A stretch of DNA of 64,000 nucleotides from the human T2T-CHM13v2.0 reference genome, Homo sapiens (GCA_009914755.4 CP068257.2:12992001-13056000); one strand, 5' to 3'; shown: positions 28,351 to 43,268, numbered from the stretch's first letter. Numbers and translations: made by a program. The notes: generated by a model from the letters alone, not told the origin.

Positions 28351-30631
28351 GCATGTCATGACAATATGAACTTATAGACTTTTATATGTACAATGTGCTT
28401 CAATTGATACACCCATATTTTTCATGATGCTCAATTTTGTCTTTTATTTGGCCATTGACTTTCAGTGAGTGTGTTACTATGCCCCTTTGAACCAACTTAT
28501 TGTTCTTTGAGTTTCTTGAATTCTAGCACAACAGGATGTCTCAGCCTCATTTTGTAAGTTTTCTTCTTCAGATCTAGAGTCAGCAATCCAATCAAAAAAA
28601 TCAAAAATATTTTAATAGTTTCTGAAAGGCCACATCTATGTGCCATTTTATTTTGCTGTTCTTTGTTTGCTCTGATTCTTGCTTCAGTGTCTTAAGAATA
28701 CCACTTTTTTCTCACATATACAGCCTCATGTATGTTTTAAAGAGCTTATTTAATTAAACTATCTATTGGTGGAAAATGAATATGTAAGAATAGAGAATAA
28801 GACAAGACCTTTGGTTAATATTGAATAAGCAATAACTTATAATCCTTTCTTAATGTGCACTACTGTCATTTGGGAGGTGGTAGATATTGGTAGAGATAAT
28901 ACTGCAGTAGACAACTTTAAAAATCTTTGTAAACATTTATTTCCCTGTAGTTATTTTTCAACTTGAAATTTTCCTTACTTCTGTGCCTGGTAGAGGCTAT
29001 ACAAACAATAAAATATCTAAACATTATTTTTGCAAAATGCTCTGACTTGTTTAAAATTACTCCCGGATACCCATTCCTCAAAAGCCATTGCTTATTCAAA
29101 GAGGAGAAGAGTTCTGGTAGCTACAACAAATGCCCCATTGCATTTCCTAACAATCTTCTCTTCTCATACACTGAAAATCAACTATTTTGTATCTATTTCC
29201 ATTACCTCGTAAGAATTCCTATACCTTGGAAGATGACAATTACTTTTCATATTAACACGCAGTTGTCACGACATTGTGCAAGGCCACAAGCTTTGGAGCC
29301 AGGCAGACCTGTGTGTGAATTCAACAACTTACTATGAAGTCTTTGACAAGTCACTTAACTTCTCTAAATGTAAATTTCCACTTTTATTAAAAAAAAAGAT
29401 AAATCCATTTTGAAGCCTTTTATGAAAATTGACATCAACGTAAGCAAAGCAAAATTCAGGAAAAATTTAACAAACTGTTATTATACATTAGTGTGGTTAT
29501 AACTTTCAATTAAACTAAGATACTAAGAGCAGACATTAAATTTCACCGTCTGATTGAAAGAGAAGGAAAGAAGTGTGTCACAGCCAAAGTGCAGCAGAGC
29601 AAAAGCCACAAAAATCTGGATTCTATACCTAGCACTACATCAAAGGAATTCTGTAGCAAAGCCTTCCAAACTCAAATGGTTTCTTCTTCTTCATCTACAA
29701 AACAAAACAGATATAACTAGTTTTTCTCAACATTTGTCATATAACAGCACAGAAAAACAAATGGAAGGTGGCTAAAGGACCCACTAGTAATCCCCAAGTT
29801 CCCAACAGTTGACAATATGTCAACTGTTTAACATAAAACATCCACAGCCATTCATGGAATATCTGTATGTAACCACATACAAGATGTGAAGCTCTGGTCT
29901 GGAAGACATCTGAAGTCCCTCTATCTCAATGATATTTGTGATGGAAATGTAAGAGCAGGGAATGGCAACATTAGAATAGGAAACAGGGAACACGTTTCAA
30001 GCTAGATAGAGGTCAATGTAATCTTTATATTCAAATCTTATAGATTGCTGCATAAAATTATAGCATAGACCTCAGACCTCACCATATCCCCAGATAGCAC
30101 TTCCTAAAGTTAGATTGAAAAAAGATAAATCATATAGTCCTTTTTATTGCAAAAGAATGAGTCTTAGCTTAATAAGTAATCATTTATTGTCCCAAGTCTA
30201 TTGCCAAAATTTCCTGAAAGATAGATGTAAAGTTATGAATTTCATAGAAGCATAATTAACACAATTAGAAGCATAATTAGCTAAACACAAAAATACTTAT
30301 TTTGGAAATAATTCATAGAAAGGATTAACATCTTATCTATTATTTGGTAGGTCTAGGTAACATTTTATCCCCATTTTTAAACATCCACTACCAAAGGAAG
30401 AGAGAGACAGAGTGAGAGAAAGGGAGAGAGAGAAACTCTAACAAGATGCACATTTTTGTGACAAACAATAAGTATCTTACCTTTTCAGAGACTGATTTTG
30501 AATGATAGTTAGGGAGAAACGTATTTGTTACGTAAAGACTTACAGAAATATGTTGCTTTTGAAATACTGAAATTTCAAGCTTTATCTGGTGATAGCTTTT
30601 ACTGTTTCTTGCAACCAAAGTAGAATTTGAC

Positions 30632-30636
<5 letters not shown>

Positions 30637-30676
<40 letters not shown>
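30637..30676. repeat. (TA)20 microsatellite at the centre of a perfect palindrome
   Basis: 'tttgacaaggga(ta)20tcccttgtcaaa': 12-bp inverted arms at 30625-30636 and 30677-30688. The right arm is the terminal L1 sequence. Confidence 0.9.
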
Positions 30677-30681
<5 letters not shown>

Positions 30682-31486
30682 GTCAAAGATGATAGCTTCT
30701 TTTGTTTTATGGAAGCTCTTTAGTTTAATTAGATCCCATTTGTCAATTTTGCTTTTCGTTGAAATTGCTTTTGGTGTTTTAGTCATGAAGCCTTTGCCCA
30801 TGCCTATGTCCTAAATGGTATGGCCTAGGTTTTCTTCTAGAGTTTTTATGGATTTAGGTGTTATGTTTAAATCTTTAATCACTCGAGTTAATTTTCATAT
30901 AAGGTGTAAGGAAGGGGTACAGTTTCAGTTTTCTGCATATGGCTAGCCAGTTTTCCCAACACCATTTATTAAATAGGGAATCCTTTCCCCATTGCTTGTT
31001 TTTGTCAGGTTTGTCAAAGATCAGATGGCTGTAGATGCGTGGTTTTATTTTTGAGGCCTCTGTTCAGTTCTGTTGGTCTATATATCTGTTTTGGTACCAG
31101 TACCATGCTGTTTTGGTTACTGTAGCCTTGTAGTATAGTTTGAAGTCAGGTTGCGTGATGCCTCCAGCTTTGTTCTTTTTGCTTAGGATTGTCTTGGCTA
31201 TATAAGCTCTAAAAAAAGAGTAAATTTCATATGGTTCCATATGAAATTTAAAGTAGTTTTTCTAATTCTGTGAAGAAAGTCAATGTTAGCTTGATGGAAA
31301 TAGCATTGAATCTATAAATTACTTTGGGTAGTGTGGCCATTTTCACGATATTAATTCTTCCTATCCATGAGCATGGAATGTTTTCCCATTTGTTTGTGTC
31401 CTCTCTCATTTCCTTGAGCAGTGGTTTGTAGTTCTCCTTGAAAATATTCTTCACATCCCTTGTAAGTTGTATTCATAGGTGTTTTA

Positions 31487-31490
<4 letters not shown>
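30677..31490 (-). mobile_element. L1PA (older L1PA) ORF2 segment A, antisense (RDVKDLF... to ...SFCTAKET)
   Basis: Minus-strand ORFs encode '[56 protein letters not shown]...FTELEK' and '[30 protein letters not shown]', which is the L1 ORF2 post-RT region. The segment is 3'-truncated exactly at the (TA)n. Confidence 0.85.
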
Positions 31491-32261
<771 letters not shown>

Positions 32262-32262
<1 letters not shown>

Positions 32263-32840
32263 TTTTTCTTTTTTTTAAAATTATACTTTAAGTTCTGGGT
32301 TACATGTGCAGAACACATAGTTTTGTTACATAGGTATAAACACATGCCATGGTGGTTTGCTGCACCCATCAACCCGTCACCTACATTAGGTATTTCTCCT
32401 GATGTTATCCCTCCACTACCCCCGCCAACCCAAACAGGCCCTGGTGTGTGATGTTCCTTTCCCTGTGTCCACATGTTCTCTTTGTTCAACTCCCACTTGT
32501 GAGTGAGAAAATGTGGTGTTTGGTTTTCTGATCTCGTGATAGTTTGCTGAGAATGATGGTTTCCGGCTTCATCCATGTCCCTGCAAAGGACATGAACTCT
32601 TCCTTTTTATGGCTGCATAGTATTCCATGCTGTATTTGTGCCACATTTTCTTAATCCAGTCTATCATTGATGGACATTTGGTTTGGTTCCAAGTCTTTGT
32701 TATTGTGAATAGTGCTGCAAAAAACATACATGTGCATGTGTCTTTATAGCAGAATAATTTATAATCCTTTGGGTATATGCCCAGTAATGGGATTGCTGGG
32801 TCAGATGGTATTTCTAGTTCTAGATCCTTGAGGAATCACC
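32262..32840 (-). mobile_element. L1PA 3' end segment C, antisense, with poly-T (the L1 poly-A tail) at 32262-32280 abutting segment B
   Basis: 'tttttttcttttttttaaaattatactttaagttctgggttacatgtgcagaacacatagttttgttacataggtataaacacatgccatggtggtttgctgcacccatcaacc...' reads as the reverse complement of the L1PA 3'UTR and ORF2 C-terminus, up to '...gggtatatgcccagtaatgggattgctgggtcagatgg'. Confidence 0.85.
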
Positions 32841-33410
32841 AAGTTTTTAAGAAGTTTAAGAAATGTGTTTTAGAAATTAGTAATTTGCAGATACAATAGA
32901 GAAGAAAAATGTTTGCTAGTAGGGAAAGGGTCTATCATTTCCCTATAATGCTAGTAGGGAAAGGGTCTCTGCACCTCAACTTCATCTGTAAAAGTGTGTG
33001 GCATAGGACTGGTTAATCTCAAGGTTTTTACCTCTTTTTCCAAATTCCTGTAGAAAACTACAGTGAATAAAAGATGGCTTTAAACTTTGTAAGCAAACTA
33101 GAATAAATTACATGTTTAAGCTGTCTGATGAAATGAAACTAAATGAAAAAAGGTATTTAATTTAAAAGAATATTTTATGAGTACAAATAAAATTGTCATT
33201 TTTTTAAAATTAGTAGCCCTTTAAGGTTTGAATTTAATAGATATAAGTCTGTATCAAAAGATATAACTGGCGTCTTCTACAAAACAAATTTCAGGAGAAG
33301 GCCTGATCACCAGCCCCAGAGAGCACTCCACATTAGCTCCATCATGCTGATGACTCCAGAATAGTGCATTTTTTTCCACCTAAAATGAAATTATTTCCCT
33401 GATAAGACTT

Positions 33411-33777
33411 TGATATGGTTTTGCTCTGTATCCCCACCCAACTCTCCTCTTGTAGCTCCCATAATTCCCACGTGTTGTGGGAGGGACCTGGTGGGAACTG
33501 ATTGAATCATGGGGGCAGGTCTTTCCTGTGCTGTTCTCGTGATAGTGAATGGGTATCATGAGATCTGATGGTTTTAAAAACAGGAATTTCTCTGCACAAG
33601 CTCTCTCTTTGCCTGCTGCCATCCACATAAGATGTGACTTGCTCCTCCTTGCCTTCCTCCATGATTGTTAGGCCTCCCCAGCCATGTGGAACTGTAAGTC
33701 CAGTAAACCTCTTTATTTTGTAAATCGCCCAGTCTCAAGTATGTCCTTATCAGCAGCATGAAAACAGACTAATACAG
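33411..33777 (+). mobile_element. MaLR LTR, THE1 family (solo LTR)
   Basis: 'tgatatggttttgctctgtatccccacccaactctcctcttgtagctcccataattcccacgtgttgtgggagggacctggtgggaactgattgaatcatgggggcaggtctttcctgtgctgttctcgtgatagtgaatgg...ctctttattttgtaaatcgcccagtctcaagtatgtccttatcagcagcatgaaaacagactaatacag' matches the THE1 consensus end to end. Confidence 0.85.
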
Positions 33778-34807
33778 ACTTCATGACACTAGGAAGGGCA
33801 CATGGCTCTAATGTCTCTTTGCATTCGGTACAGTACAAATTTGGTATAAAAAAAGACATGCCATGAGAGAACCAACAATGTCAGCTCTCCAAATTTCTCT
33901 TTTTGTTGATGCAGCATTTATATACCAAGTTATCCAGAATGGCCTGAGGCTGTATCAGTCTTTAGCCTGATGTTTTGTGTGATAAAACTAAAATAGTCTA
34001 TATTTTTATGCAATTGGCCAAACCAAAATACTCACACACTGATATATTGATTCTTCCAGGCCACCAGGCACAGCCTGGAAGGGCTAGAGATCTTAGCTCT
34101 CTCTCCTCCAGCTGTGTAATATGTCAATGTGTCATAAAAATATCAGATTATCTATGTACTATGATGAGATAAAGATTGGGAGCCATGGTGCTGGGATGAC
34201 AACCTCTGAAGAGCAAATGTTTGAAGCAGTTTTTAGAATAAAAAAAATAAGAGACAATTTTCTTCTCAATTTCTTAATGGTAATTGTTTCTTTTCAGGGA
34301 ATAACATCACTGTCATTTTTTTAAAAATTGAGACAAAACTTACATATAGTAAATGTACAATATAGCTCAATAACTTTTTACATATAGACACATCTATAGA
34401 ACCACCATCCAAATGAAGATACAAATTTCTAGTGCTTCAGAAGACCACGTTGTGTCCCTCTCAGCCAGTACCATCTCCACCTCCAACCCAAGGTAATCAC
34501 TATTCTATCATCATGTATTGTTTTGCCTGTTTTATTTTAATGTAAATTATATCATGCAGCATATACTTTAAAAATCTGACTTCTTTTATTCAACATTATG
34601 TCTGAGATTCATTCATGGTCTAGTATATTCTTCTTCATATGATGTGGCATCCTGTTATGTAACTATTCCATAATTTATTTACCCTTGCTACTATTGATTG
34701 AGAATGGTTATTTTCCCCTATTTCAGTCCTCATGAATGAAGCTCCTCTGAGCATTCCTATATACCTTTTGATGGAAATATGCACTAATTTCTCTTTGGTT
34801 TTATACA

Positions 34808-34940
34808 AACATATATATACATATGTATATATGTATATATACACACGTATGTATATATGTATATATGTATATATACATACATATGTATATATGTATATAT
34901 ATACACACATATATATACACACACATATATATATAACTAA
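34808..34940. repeat. (TATATG/TATACA)n TA/CA-rich compound microsatellite
   Basis: 'catatatatacatatgtatatatgtatatatacacacgtatgtatatatgtatatatgtatatatacatacatatg...'. Both strands give spurious Y/I/C-rich ORFs. Confidence 0.7.
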
Positions 34941-35444
34941 GATAAGAACATGTCTATCTATCTACCTCTCTATATAAGAATAGAAAATTGGGTAATGGGT
35001 TAGGTGTATGCCTAGCTTTTGTAGATATTGGCATATCATTTTCTAAAGTGATTGCATCCCATCAACAATGAAGGAGAATTCTAGCTGTTTCATATCACCA
35101 TCAAATCTTGGTATTGTTCATCTTTAATGTTTTGTTCTGATGTGTGTCTTAACTGGGGCTTTACCAATATTGAGGCCCTTTTCATATGATTCTTAGCCAT
35201 TTTGACACTATGAAATGTGTGTTAAAATTGATCACACATCTCTAATTAAGTTATCTGCTTTTTTTTTTTGTATGAGTTCCTTATTCTGTTGATAAGTAAT
35301 TTGACAAATAAATACATGTTACAAAAATCTTTTCCCAGCCTGTGGCTAACTTCTCATCCTCTTAATTTTATCACTTTATAAACAGAAGTTCTCAACTTCA
35401 ATGTAATCCAATTTGTTAATCTTTTTTTTTTTTTTTTGCATTTT

Positions 35445-35900
35445 TTGTGTCTTATTAAGAAATCTTTACTCATTTCGAAGTCGTGAAGATATTCTCCATG
35501 CTTTATTCTAGAAGTTTTATTGATTTAGCTTTTACACTTTAGGTCTGTGATCCATCTCAAATTCAGTTCTGTGTTTGATGTGAGGTAGGAGTTGAGGTTC
35601 TTTTTTGTTTTTCATTGATATATCCAATTAACCCAGCACAATTTTTTAAGAAGACCACTGATTCCTATAGAAATTCATGACACACTTATCATATCAAGGC
35701 ACTATTTTAGCGTGGATATATTTTTGGAATAGCCATAATTCCACTTGTCTTTGTGCAAATATTATACTTTCTTAATTACTACAGCTTTAGAGTAAGTCCT
35801 CCTATCTGGTACAGCTCTGCTGTTTTTCCTTAATAATATCTTGGCTATCTTAGGTTCTTAAGTATATATTTTTAAAGCATTAGATTAAAAATCTAAAGAA
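35445..35900 (-). mobile_element. Ancient L1 (L1M-like) 3'-region fragment, antisense
   Basis: '...gaagtcgtgaagatattctccatgctttattctagaagttttattgatttagcttttacactttaggtctgtgatccatctcaaattcagttc...gtgaggtaggagttgaggttc...' parallels L1 antisense '...ccaaggtcatgaagatttacacctatgttttcttctaagagttttatagttttagctcttacatttaggtctttgatccattttgagttaatttttgtatatggtgtgaggtagggatccaacttcattc'. Confidence 0.45.
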
Positions 35901-37591
35901 AAGTTTGAGTTTCATTTAGCCACTGACTACACATTACCTCATGAAAGAATTTAACTTCCCTTTCTGTTTCCTCACTTGTAAAATGTGCAGTGCTTGAATT
36001 AGACAATCCCAAAGACTTTTGCATTTGTGATTTTCTGGCCCAATTCACACAGAAAGGGACAGCAACTAATATTCATAAATAAACCACAGGAAACCTCCAT
36101 TGAACGGATGATGGCCTAAATGCAGTCAATTTTTTTCTTCACAAATGTTATTTCACATTTAAAATAATGCATTTTGAAACTGGGGTTAGAGACTACTTGT
36201 TTAATATAATATCAACAGATTTACAAATTCATTGTATTTCTAATTGCCTCTTTAAAATGTGACAAAACACATTGCTTTTATTGTAAAATTTTGATAATAT
36301 TCAAAACATTGGCTCACATATATTTCTCTATTCCTAGGACAAAAATGAAAGTCTGCAATAATCAGCACCACTCTACCTCTCCAAATAGGATCTTTAACCC
36401 AAACCCATCCTCTTCATTTTACCAGACTTATACCACAATGCCATAATTTGTTTTGCTCTCAAAATTTTCCTAATTCCTCATGCCTAAAATATTCTCCTGC
36501 TTTATTTTCACCAATTCACACCTAATAGTTTCTTTACAAATCATATCTGCCTGTCTTTCTTGAGTCACTTTTTTCTACTCACTTTTGTACTTTGTACTCA
36601 TCCACCTGCACTGCATTACATAGTCTATCTCTATACACAAATTTATTAAACATTTTATTCTCATCTCCCTACTTAGATTCTAAGCTTCTATTTTGAATGG
36701 TCAGATGTGGAGTACTGAGTTTAGTATTATGCAACTATAGCTAGATCTTTGGGAAGAACACTTAGGTTGTGAGTACCTCCTCTGTGCCAGTCATGTGTTC
36801 TCTCATTTCACGATAGCCCTGTGAGGTATATCCGTCTCATTTTTAAAATGAGAAAATGATATTTATTAAAATTAGGTAACATCCTCAGTGTCACTTGTAG
36901 CATCTGAGCCTTTCCTGCCATCATGGAAATGGGGATGCTAACAAATTGGCTCAGAAGGCCCAGCTGACCATTGGGATGGGGAGGAGGGGGTCCTACAGGG
37001 CACAGACTAGGAACAAAGGAGCGCTTCTTATCAGAGACAAGAGGCACTGGGGCCAGAAAAGCAGACTAAGCAAGAAGTGATACAATCAGGTCAACGTCTG
37101 GGCTGAGAGATATAAGATAGATGCCAAAGCCAGAGGAGCAGAGTGTGAAACAGGGAGATAAAATGGAGCAGAGCCTGCTTTGAAATGCAGAGATGCGATT
37201 GAAAGAGGGAGGATGTACAGCAACAGAAAAGGCAGCAGGTGATTAATAGGCATTTTCTGGATGCAAAAATTAATAAATAAAAGAATAACTTATAAGGGAT
37301 AAATGAGAGAGTGGCAACAAAACCATATTTAAACATTTGCAACCTGGGTAACTGGCAAATTATTAGTATGATTTAATAGAATTAGAGAATTCGGAAGAAA
37401 ATGAAAGCTTGAGTAGTGCACATCGAAATGCATTTTGGATGGGACATTTAGCCATCAATGTTTAACAGGCAATTGAAAATGTATGGAGCTCAGAAGAAAA
37501 GTAGATACTGGAGTCTGCAGCTTACAAAATGCTTTACAATATTTTACCTTATTCTCTAAAATAACTAATAAAAAAACTGGGGTTGAGAAAA

Positions 37592-37802
37592 GTTGAGTAA
37601 CCCCCACAAAGTGGCACAGTTAATGGGTGGATAACCTAGAATTTGAATTCAGGCTTCTTACCATAAAGTTGAGTGACTTCCCCAAAGTGGCACAGTTAAT
37701 GGGTGGATAATCTGGAATTTGAATTCAGGCTTCTTATCATAAAGTTCAGTGGTGGATAATCTAGAATTCGAATTCAGGCTCTTACCATAAAGTTCAGTGC
37801 TC
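37592..37802. repeat. Local tandem repeat: about 76-bp MIR-core-like unit, roughly 2.7 copies
   Basis: Unit 1: 'agttgagtaacccccacaaagtggcacagttaatgggtggataacctagaatttgaattcaggcttcttaccataa'. Unit 2: 'agttgagtgacttccccaaagtggcacagttaatgggtggataatctggaatttgaattcaggcttcttatcataa'. Unit 3 (with a deletion): 'agttcagtggtggataatctagaattcgaattcaggctcttaccataa'. The unit resembles the MIR core 'ccaaggtcacacagctagtaagtggcagagccgggatttgaacccaggc'. Confidence 0.6.
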
Positions 37803-40800
37803 ATTTTATTACATTTTACTGCCTTTCATATAAGAACGAGCAAATCATCTAAAGAAAAAGAGGGTGTCAGATACAGGATTCTATTTGGGCTGCAAATATG
37901 ATAATGCCTTATGCTAACGTGCATAGCTTCGGGTGACAACAAACTGAAATTTATCAAAAACAGGTTGACCTCCCCCTTGTGAAGGATTTTTTTTATTCAT
38001 TCCAAGAGTTGCTTGCTTATTGCAATTTTGCCTGCTGGTGTGGACATAGCTGAGAGCATCACCTGCCTGCCAAAAAAAGTAAATATGCTGGAAGCTGTTA
38101 AGTGGATTAAAACTTGGTACCACAAAGTAGTGCCCAATAACATAGTCAGAAATTCCACCTCAGCCAAAGATGTTCCTAAAAACTCAAAAACAAAAAGGAG
38201 AGGAAAGAACATTTTAGGAGGATTTATGAGGTAGAAGATACGAAGAAATTATACAATATACAAGCAAAGAAAACAAATTTTTGAAAATTTGCCAGATAGC
38301 TGGAAGCCAAAATTGTGAAAAGAAAAATCCCTATGAGAACTGCTAGTTTTATAAAATATTCTGGGAATTTAAGAAAAGGTAAATTAAATAAATTATGCAT
38401 TAGTTATATTATAATTATGCTGCTGAGCTGGCATCCTTATTTTCTCCAAATTCTATCAATCAGTCAAAGAAAGTCACAGTGCATGGTCAGATTCAAAGTC
38501 ACATTGCAATGGATGTAAACACAGACACCAAGAACAATTGCAGTCATTTTGTTGTCAGCCTGCAACTACCAGTAACCAGTGGTTTGATTTCAGGCAGTTC
38601 ATTTCTCTTGGCCTCAGTTTCTTTATCTCCAAGATATGACTTAGGACTTTCTCTGTAGGATTCCTTACACTCCTCTGTTCCTAAAGCAACAACTTTCAAA
38701 ACTGCCTTACAGGCAAATTAGAGGACTTTTCTGTATCTCAAAAAATACATATATATATAAACAAAGTGACATGTAGTTGCTTCAGTACGTGTAAAGTTAC
38801 TTATTAAAAAGCAAAAATGCCATATAGAACATAAAAAGTGAAATAGGAAGATGAAATAAAATCAAACAACATTAAGTTACTATTGCAAGTCGCAAATGAT
38901 TGAAGATGGCTTGTTTAGCTGTTTGCCAACACTAAACCAAATTGTCCACTTCATGTCCTAAATGGCCCAGCTTGGCACTGGATCATAACCCATATTCCAC
39001 TTTATAGATTTTTCTTCATCAGTAATTCAGGGTGTGAAAGTGATCGATATTAGAATTACTCAGACTGTTAATATCGTTTAAATTAAATGGTTAATTGCTT
39101 CATTTTCTATTTTACTTGGACCATGAAGATTGAACCAATTTTATGAAGCCCAAACTTTAGACAAGCAGGTAGTAAGTGAAGGAAGTCAGTCACCAGCCAA
39201 CAGCACTTCCTGTTTTCATATGCGGATAAGCAGACTCTCGTTAGAAACCCCAACTGCCAGAGAAGACAAAATGCTTTACTTCTCTCAGACTGACGAGGAA
39301 ACAGTGGCTAACATAGAAATTGTTATTGTCCAGAAATAAAAACAAGCTTTCTTTAAATGCTAAGGAAAAAAATAAAGATTTAGTATTTTCCTCTGGTTTC
39401 ATTTGCAAACATCTGTATGCACTGTTTTTCTTCAGGATACACAGTTGAAATGTCATATTACTGGAATCTGGAGATCACTTTGATTAAATTTTGCCTTGCA
39501 TAAAGCAGGCTAAAAGAAGTTAACCCTAACTGCCTCCACCAATAAGAAAGAATGTATCTGAATTCAGCACAAATGGAAACTTGTAATGTTCTACAGTCAG
39601 GTGAGAATGAGGAAATGCTCAGATCTAAAAGGAGCTGTTGCTGTAAGGAAACCATTTCCTTGATATCTGCATGTTCATCATCTTAAGTCTCAGGCCCCCA
39701 GACAGCTGTCTCTTCAACTTCAGGAAATTAGACGCCAAAAAGAAGACCTGAAAAACTGAAACATGCTAAGCCTGTACGTTGCACAGGGGCCAGGCAAAAC
39801 TATATTTAGGATTAATTTTGAGAGCTCTGGGTGGTTTTTGTTTTCTGTGTTGTGTTGTTGTTTTTAATTTGCAGGGAAGCCTGGATGTTAGAGTGATTCG
39901 TGTACACATCTTAGGTAGAGAAGCTAATAAGTAGATGTAAAGAAGTAAAACCGAATTCATTAAAACCTAGAGCATTCATTGACTTGTTTATTGCTGAGTG
40001 CTGAGTAGCAATCCACACACGGTGCAGTATTTATTTTTTTCAAAACAGAAACCCCCATAACCTATATGATGTTAACAAAGGGAAATTGCAAAACAATAAC
40101 AAAAAAAGCATTTTGGAAAATAAACTCATTTTCTTCGCATTCTTCTTTCCATTGCTTCTGAAAATGTTTGAAAATCAGTAGCATTATAAACTTTACAGTC
40201 TCATTTCCCAAATTGGCTTTCTTCTTTTTCTCCTCCCAATCCTTGGTTATATTTGTCACCTTCTGTTTCTATAGCACATGGCTGAAGACCTAGCATTGCA
40301 TCTGCAACAAGTACTCTGACTTTCTTCATGAATATAAGTTTACAGGAATGCCTGTATAAAAAAAAAAACCCATAGTAAGAGATTACAAATATCACATCCC
40401 TCTTAAATCAGCTTCCTGACTTCCTTTATCCCTTCATGGGTCTGGTATGTCAGCAACACTTGACAATGTGAGGTTAAACTACTTGCTCTGCTTATGATCT
40501 CATTCCCTCCTGCTATCTCTTTCAGAACAAAGACCTTATACTATCAGTTGATGAATTTTCAGCCTCTTTGCCTCTACCTGTTATATCACTGCCATCTACA
40601 CATCAGCTCAAGCCATTCCTGTCTTTAAAAAACACCATCTCTGACCTTAAACCTTCCTCCATTAACCATCATTCTCTTTTTCCTTCCCCTGAAAGCCATG
40701 TTCTTGCAAAGACTAATTTATAATCACTTGGTCACTGCATTTATTGTTCAGTCTACCATAATTAGAATTATGTCCCATCATTCTATGGAACGTGATTTGC

Positions 40801-42909
40801 TGAAGGTTATTAATGATTCAAATTTTTCCAATCTAATACACTCATTGCGGACATCATCTATCTGGAGCTGGTAGCACAGTTGAGAGAGAGCTTCTTTACT
40901 CCTAGAGCTGGCTCCTCCCTTGAATGGATAAACCATTCTCCTGGTCTTGTGCTATCTCTTGGACCGTTCGCTCTCAGTCTTCCCTACGGCCTCAATTCAG
41001 CTGACTCTGTCTACTGCTTAACATCCCACAGCCACCACTGCTGTCTAGCTCCACTCCTCGATCCCCAGTCCTGGAAACCAGTCTTTGAAATCTTCCCTTT
41101 ACTCTGGCAATTTTCTCTTCACTCGTCTTGCTGCCTCTATTCTCTTTCACATCCACTTTATCTATCCCCTCACTGTCAGCGTGATCTCTCAAAATATGAT
41201 GAAACTACTTTTATCTAAAACCTTTAAACTCCTTCCTGGAACTCCTTATCATGTTCCCTTAGCACAAATTTCCCCAGTAGCAACCCTGAATAAGGGTTTA
41301 CACGCTGATAGTTTATTTGGGAGCACAACGAACACCAACAAGGGAATGGGGAACTGATACACAGACAGGAAGGCAGGGAAGACTAGAGCTTAATCCTGCT
41401 ACAATATCCTGGGGAATTGCTACAAAACTCATGTCTCCGAGTTATCCTAATGAAGGGAGAAGGTTGTGGGATACATATACAACAAATCTAGTCAGTCTGC
41501 TTCTGGGTATGGGGGGACTCACTTCCGCAGCACTTTTGGGAATGGGACGGGGGGACTCACTTCCTTCAGCACTTCTGGCCTACCAAGAATGGCCAGAGAA
41601 CCTTCTAGAGATCCAACAAAGCCCCAAGGCACAGCTTGAAGTTGGCCCTGGAGCACAGTGAACTGGGCAAGGTACAAAGATATGGTGAGACTCTGACAGA
41701 ATCTCCAACACGTGGCTTACAAATTTTATTTATGTCACATTATCTTACCCTATCTCTTGTGGCACCCTGACTCGCCTTCTTGCACACACCGTAGGGAAAA
41801 CCTTGGATCTTGCATGATGTATTGCTCTGCTCTAGTCTGTGCATCTCTAGAATGCCCTTCTCCTCCTTGCTCACTGGTCAACACCTGATAATTCAACAGC
41901 CATCTCAATTGTTACCTCTGTCACAATCCCTGTCCTGAAATTCCGGTGGGTACTAACCAATGCTTCCCTTGAATTCCCACGTGCTATGCTCATGATTTGA
42001 TTCCCTCCTGCTGTATAAATATCGATACTACAGCCTTGAACACTTCCCTGCAAGTTATGTTGCTGTATGCTGCTAAATAAGCCTTTGGTGCTAAAGCAGT
42101 GAATTTAGGTCACAGAAGCTCCAAATATAAAAATAAGATGCTGTATTTCAGGTGAGCAATTACTCCCATAACTATTTGTAGTGAAGTTGCCTACTATACT
42201 GATTTACCTTGTTGAGCAAAGTAAACCCCTGAACATATGACTAAAATTCAAAGGTATAAAAGTCAAACAATAGAGTTGGACCTTATAAGAAGAGTTTCAT
42301 CCCAAGAGTTAAAACATTTTATAGAATTTTCAATTATACTTTGCCCTTTGGAAACACCCACTTTTATGACATAATAAAAAAATGCAACAATAAAAAATGT
42401 TGACATAATTGGCCAATCCCCACCCCTACCCACACACCCACACTACATACAAGACAATGATGGTGTAGCCCGAAAGAATCTCATGACTGTGGGACAGCCC
42501 TACTTCACAAGGGCTGGTGATATTCCTTAGTTAGAGGATGACATGCATTCTGCATTTGACATATGCAAGATGGATCAGGGATATTTCAGTAAAATGTATG
42601 AAAAAGCAGGTTGTGTGAAAATTGAATGTTGCTATAGCAAACAGCACTTGGATTATATTAAGGAGGAGTCTCTGGAGGTTAGAAGCTTGTCAAATTATTA
42701 CTGTCAGAACAAAGAGATCAGCATGGCCTCTTGAAGCCAAAGTCAAAAACATCAATTTGAGAAAAACTGGATAACAAGAGGGGTAAACACATTTTTTTTT
42801 ATTGAATTACCTCGTTTGCATGTCGGGAGGGCATATTTTGAACTAATTTTATGGATTCTCAGGCCCTTCAAGGTACAATGGAAAGAACGTTAAACTTGCA
42901 GTAAAGGAT

Positions 42910-43268
42910 TGTATTAGTCCCTTCTTGTGCTGCTATAAGAAATACCTGAGACTGGGTAATTTATAAAGGAAAGAGGTTTAATGGACTCACAGTTCCACAT
43001 AGCGGGGGAGGCCTCACAATCATGGTAGAAGAGGAAGGAAAAACAAAGGGGCATCTTACATGGCAGCAGGCAAGAGACAGTGTGCAGGGGAATTCCCCCT
43101 TAGAAAACTATCAGATCTTGTGAGATGTATTCACTTTCATGAGGACGGCATGGAAAGACCCACCCCCCCATGATTCAATTACCTCCCACTGGGTCTCTCC
43201 ATGACACGTGGGGATTATTAAAATTCAAGGTGAGGTTTAGGTGGGGACACAGAGTCAAACCATATCAA
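42910..43268 (-). mobile_element. MaLR LTR, THE1 family (solo LTR)
   Basis: 'tgtattagtcccttcttgtgctgctataagaaatacctgagactgggtaatttataaaggaaagaggtttaatggactcacagttccacatagcgggggaggcctcacaatcatggtagaag...gggattattaaaattcaaggtgaggtttaggtggggacacagagtcaaaccatatca'. Confidence 0.85.

Noticed and set aside
40430-41260. Pyrimidine-rich, S/L/P-coding-looking stretch with overlapping ORFs (112 and 90 aa). Possibly an ancient SINE/LTR relic or an exon cluster.
   Set aside because: I could not match it confidently to any repeat consensus from memory. There are no splice-site-bracketed frames and composition is monotonous (CT-rich). It is left unannotated; RepeatMasker or Dfam would settle it.
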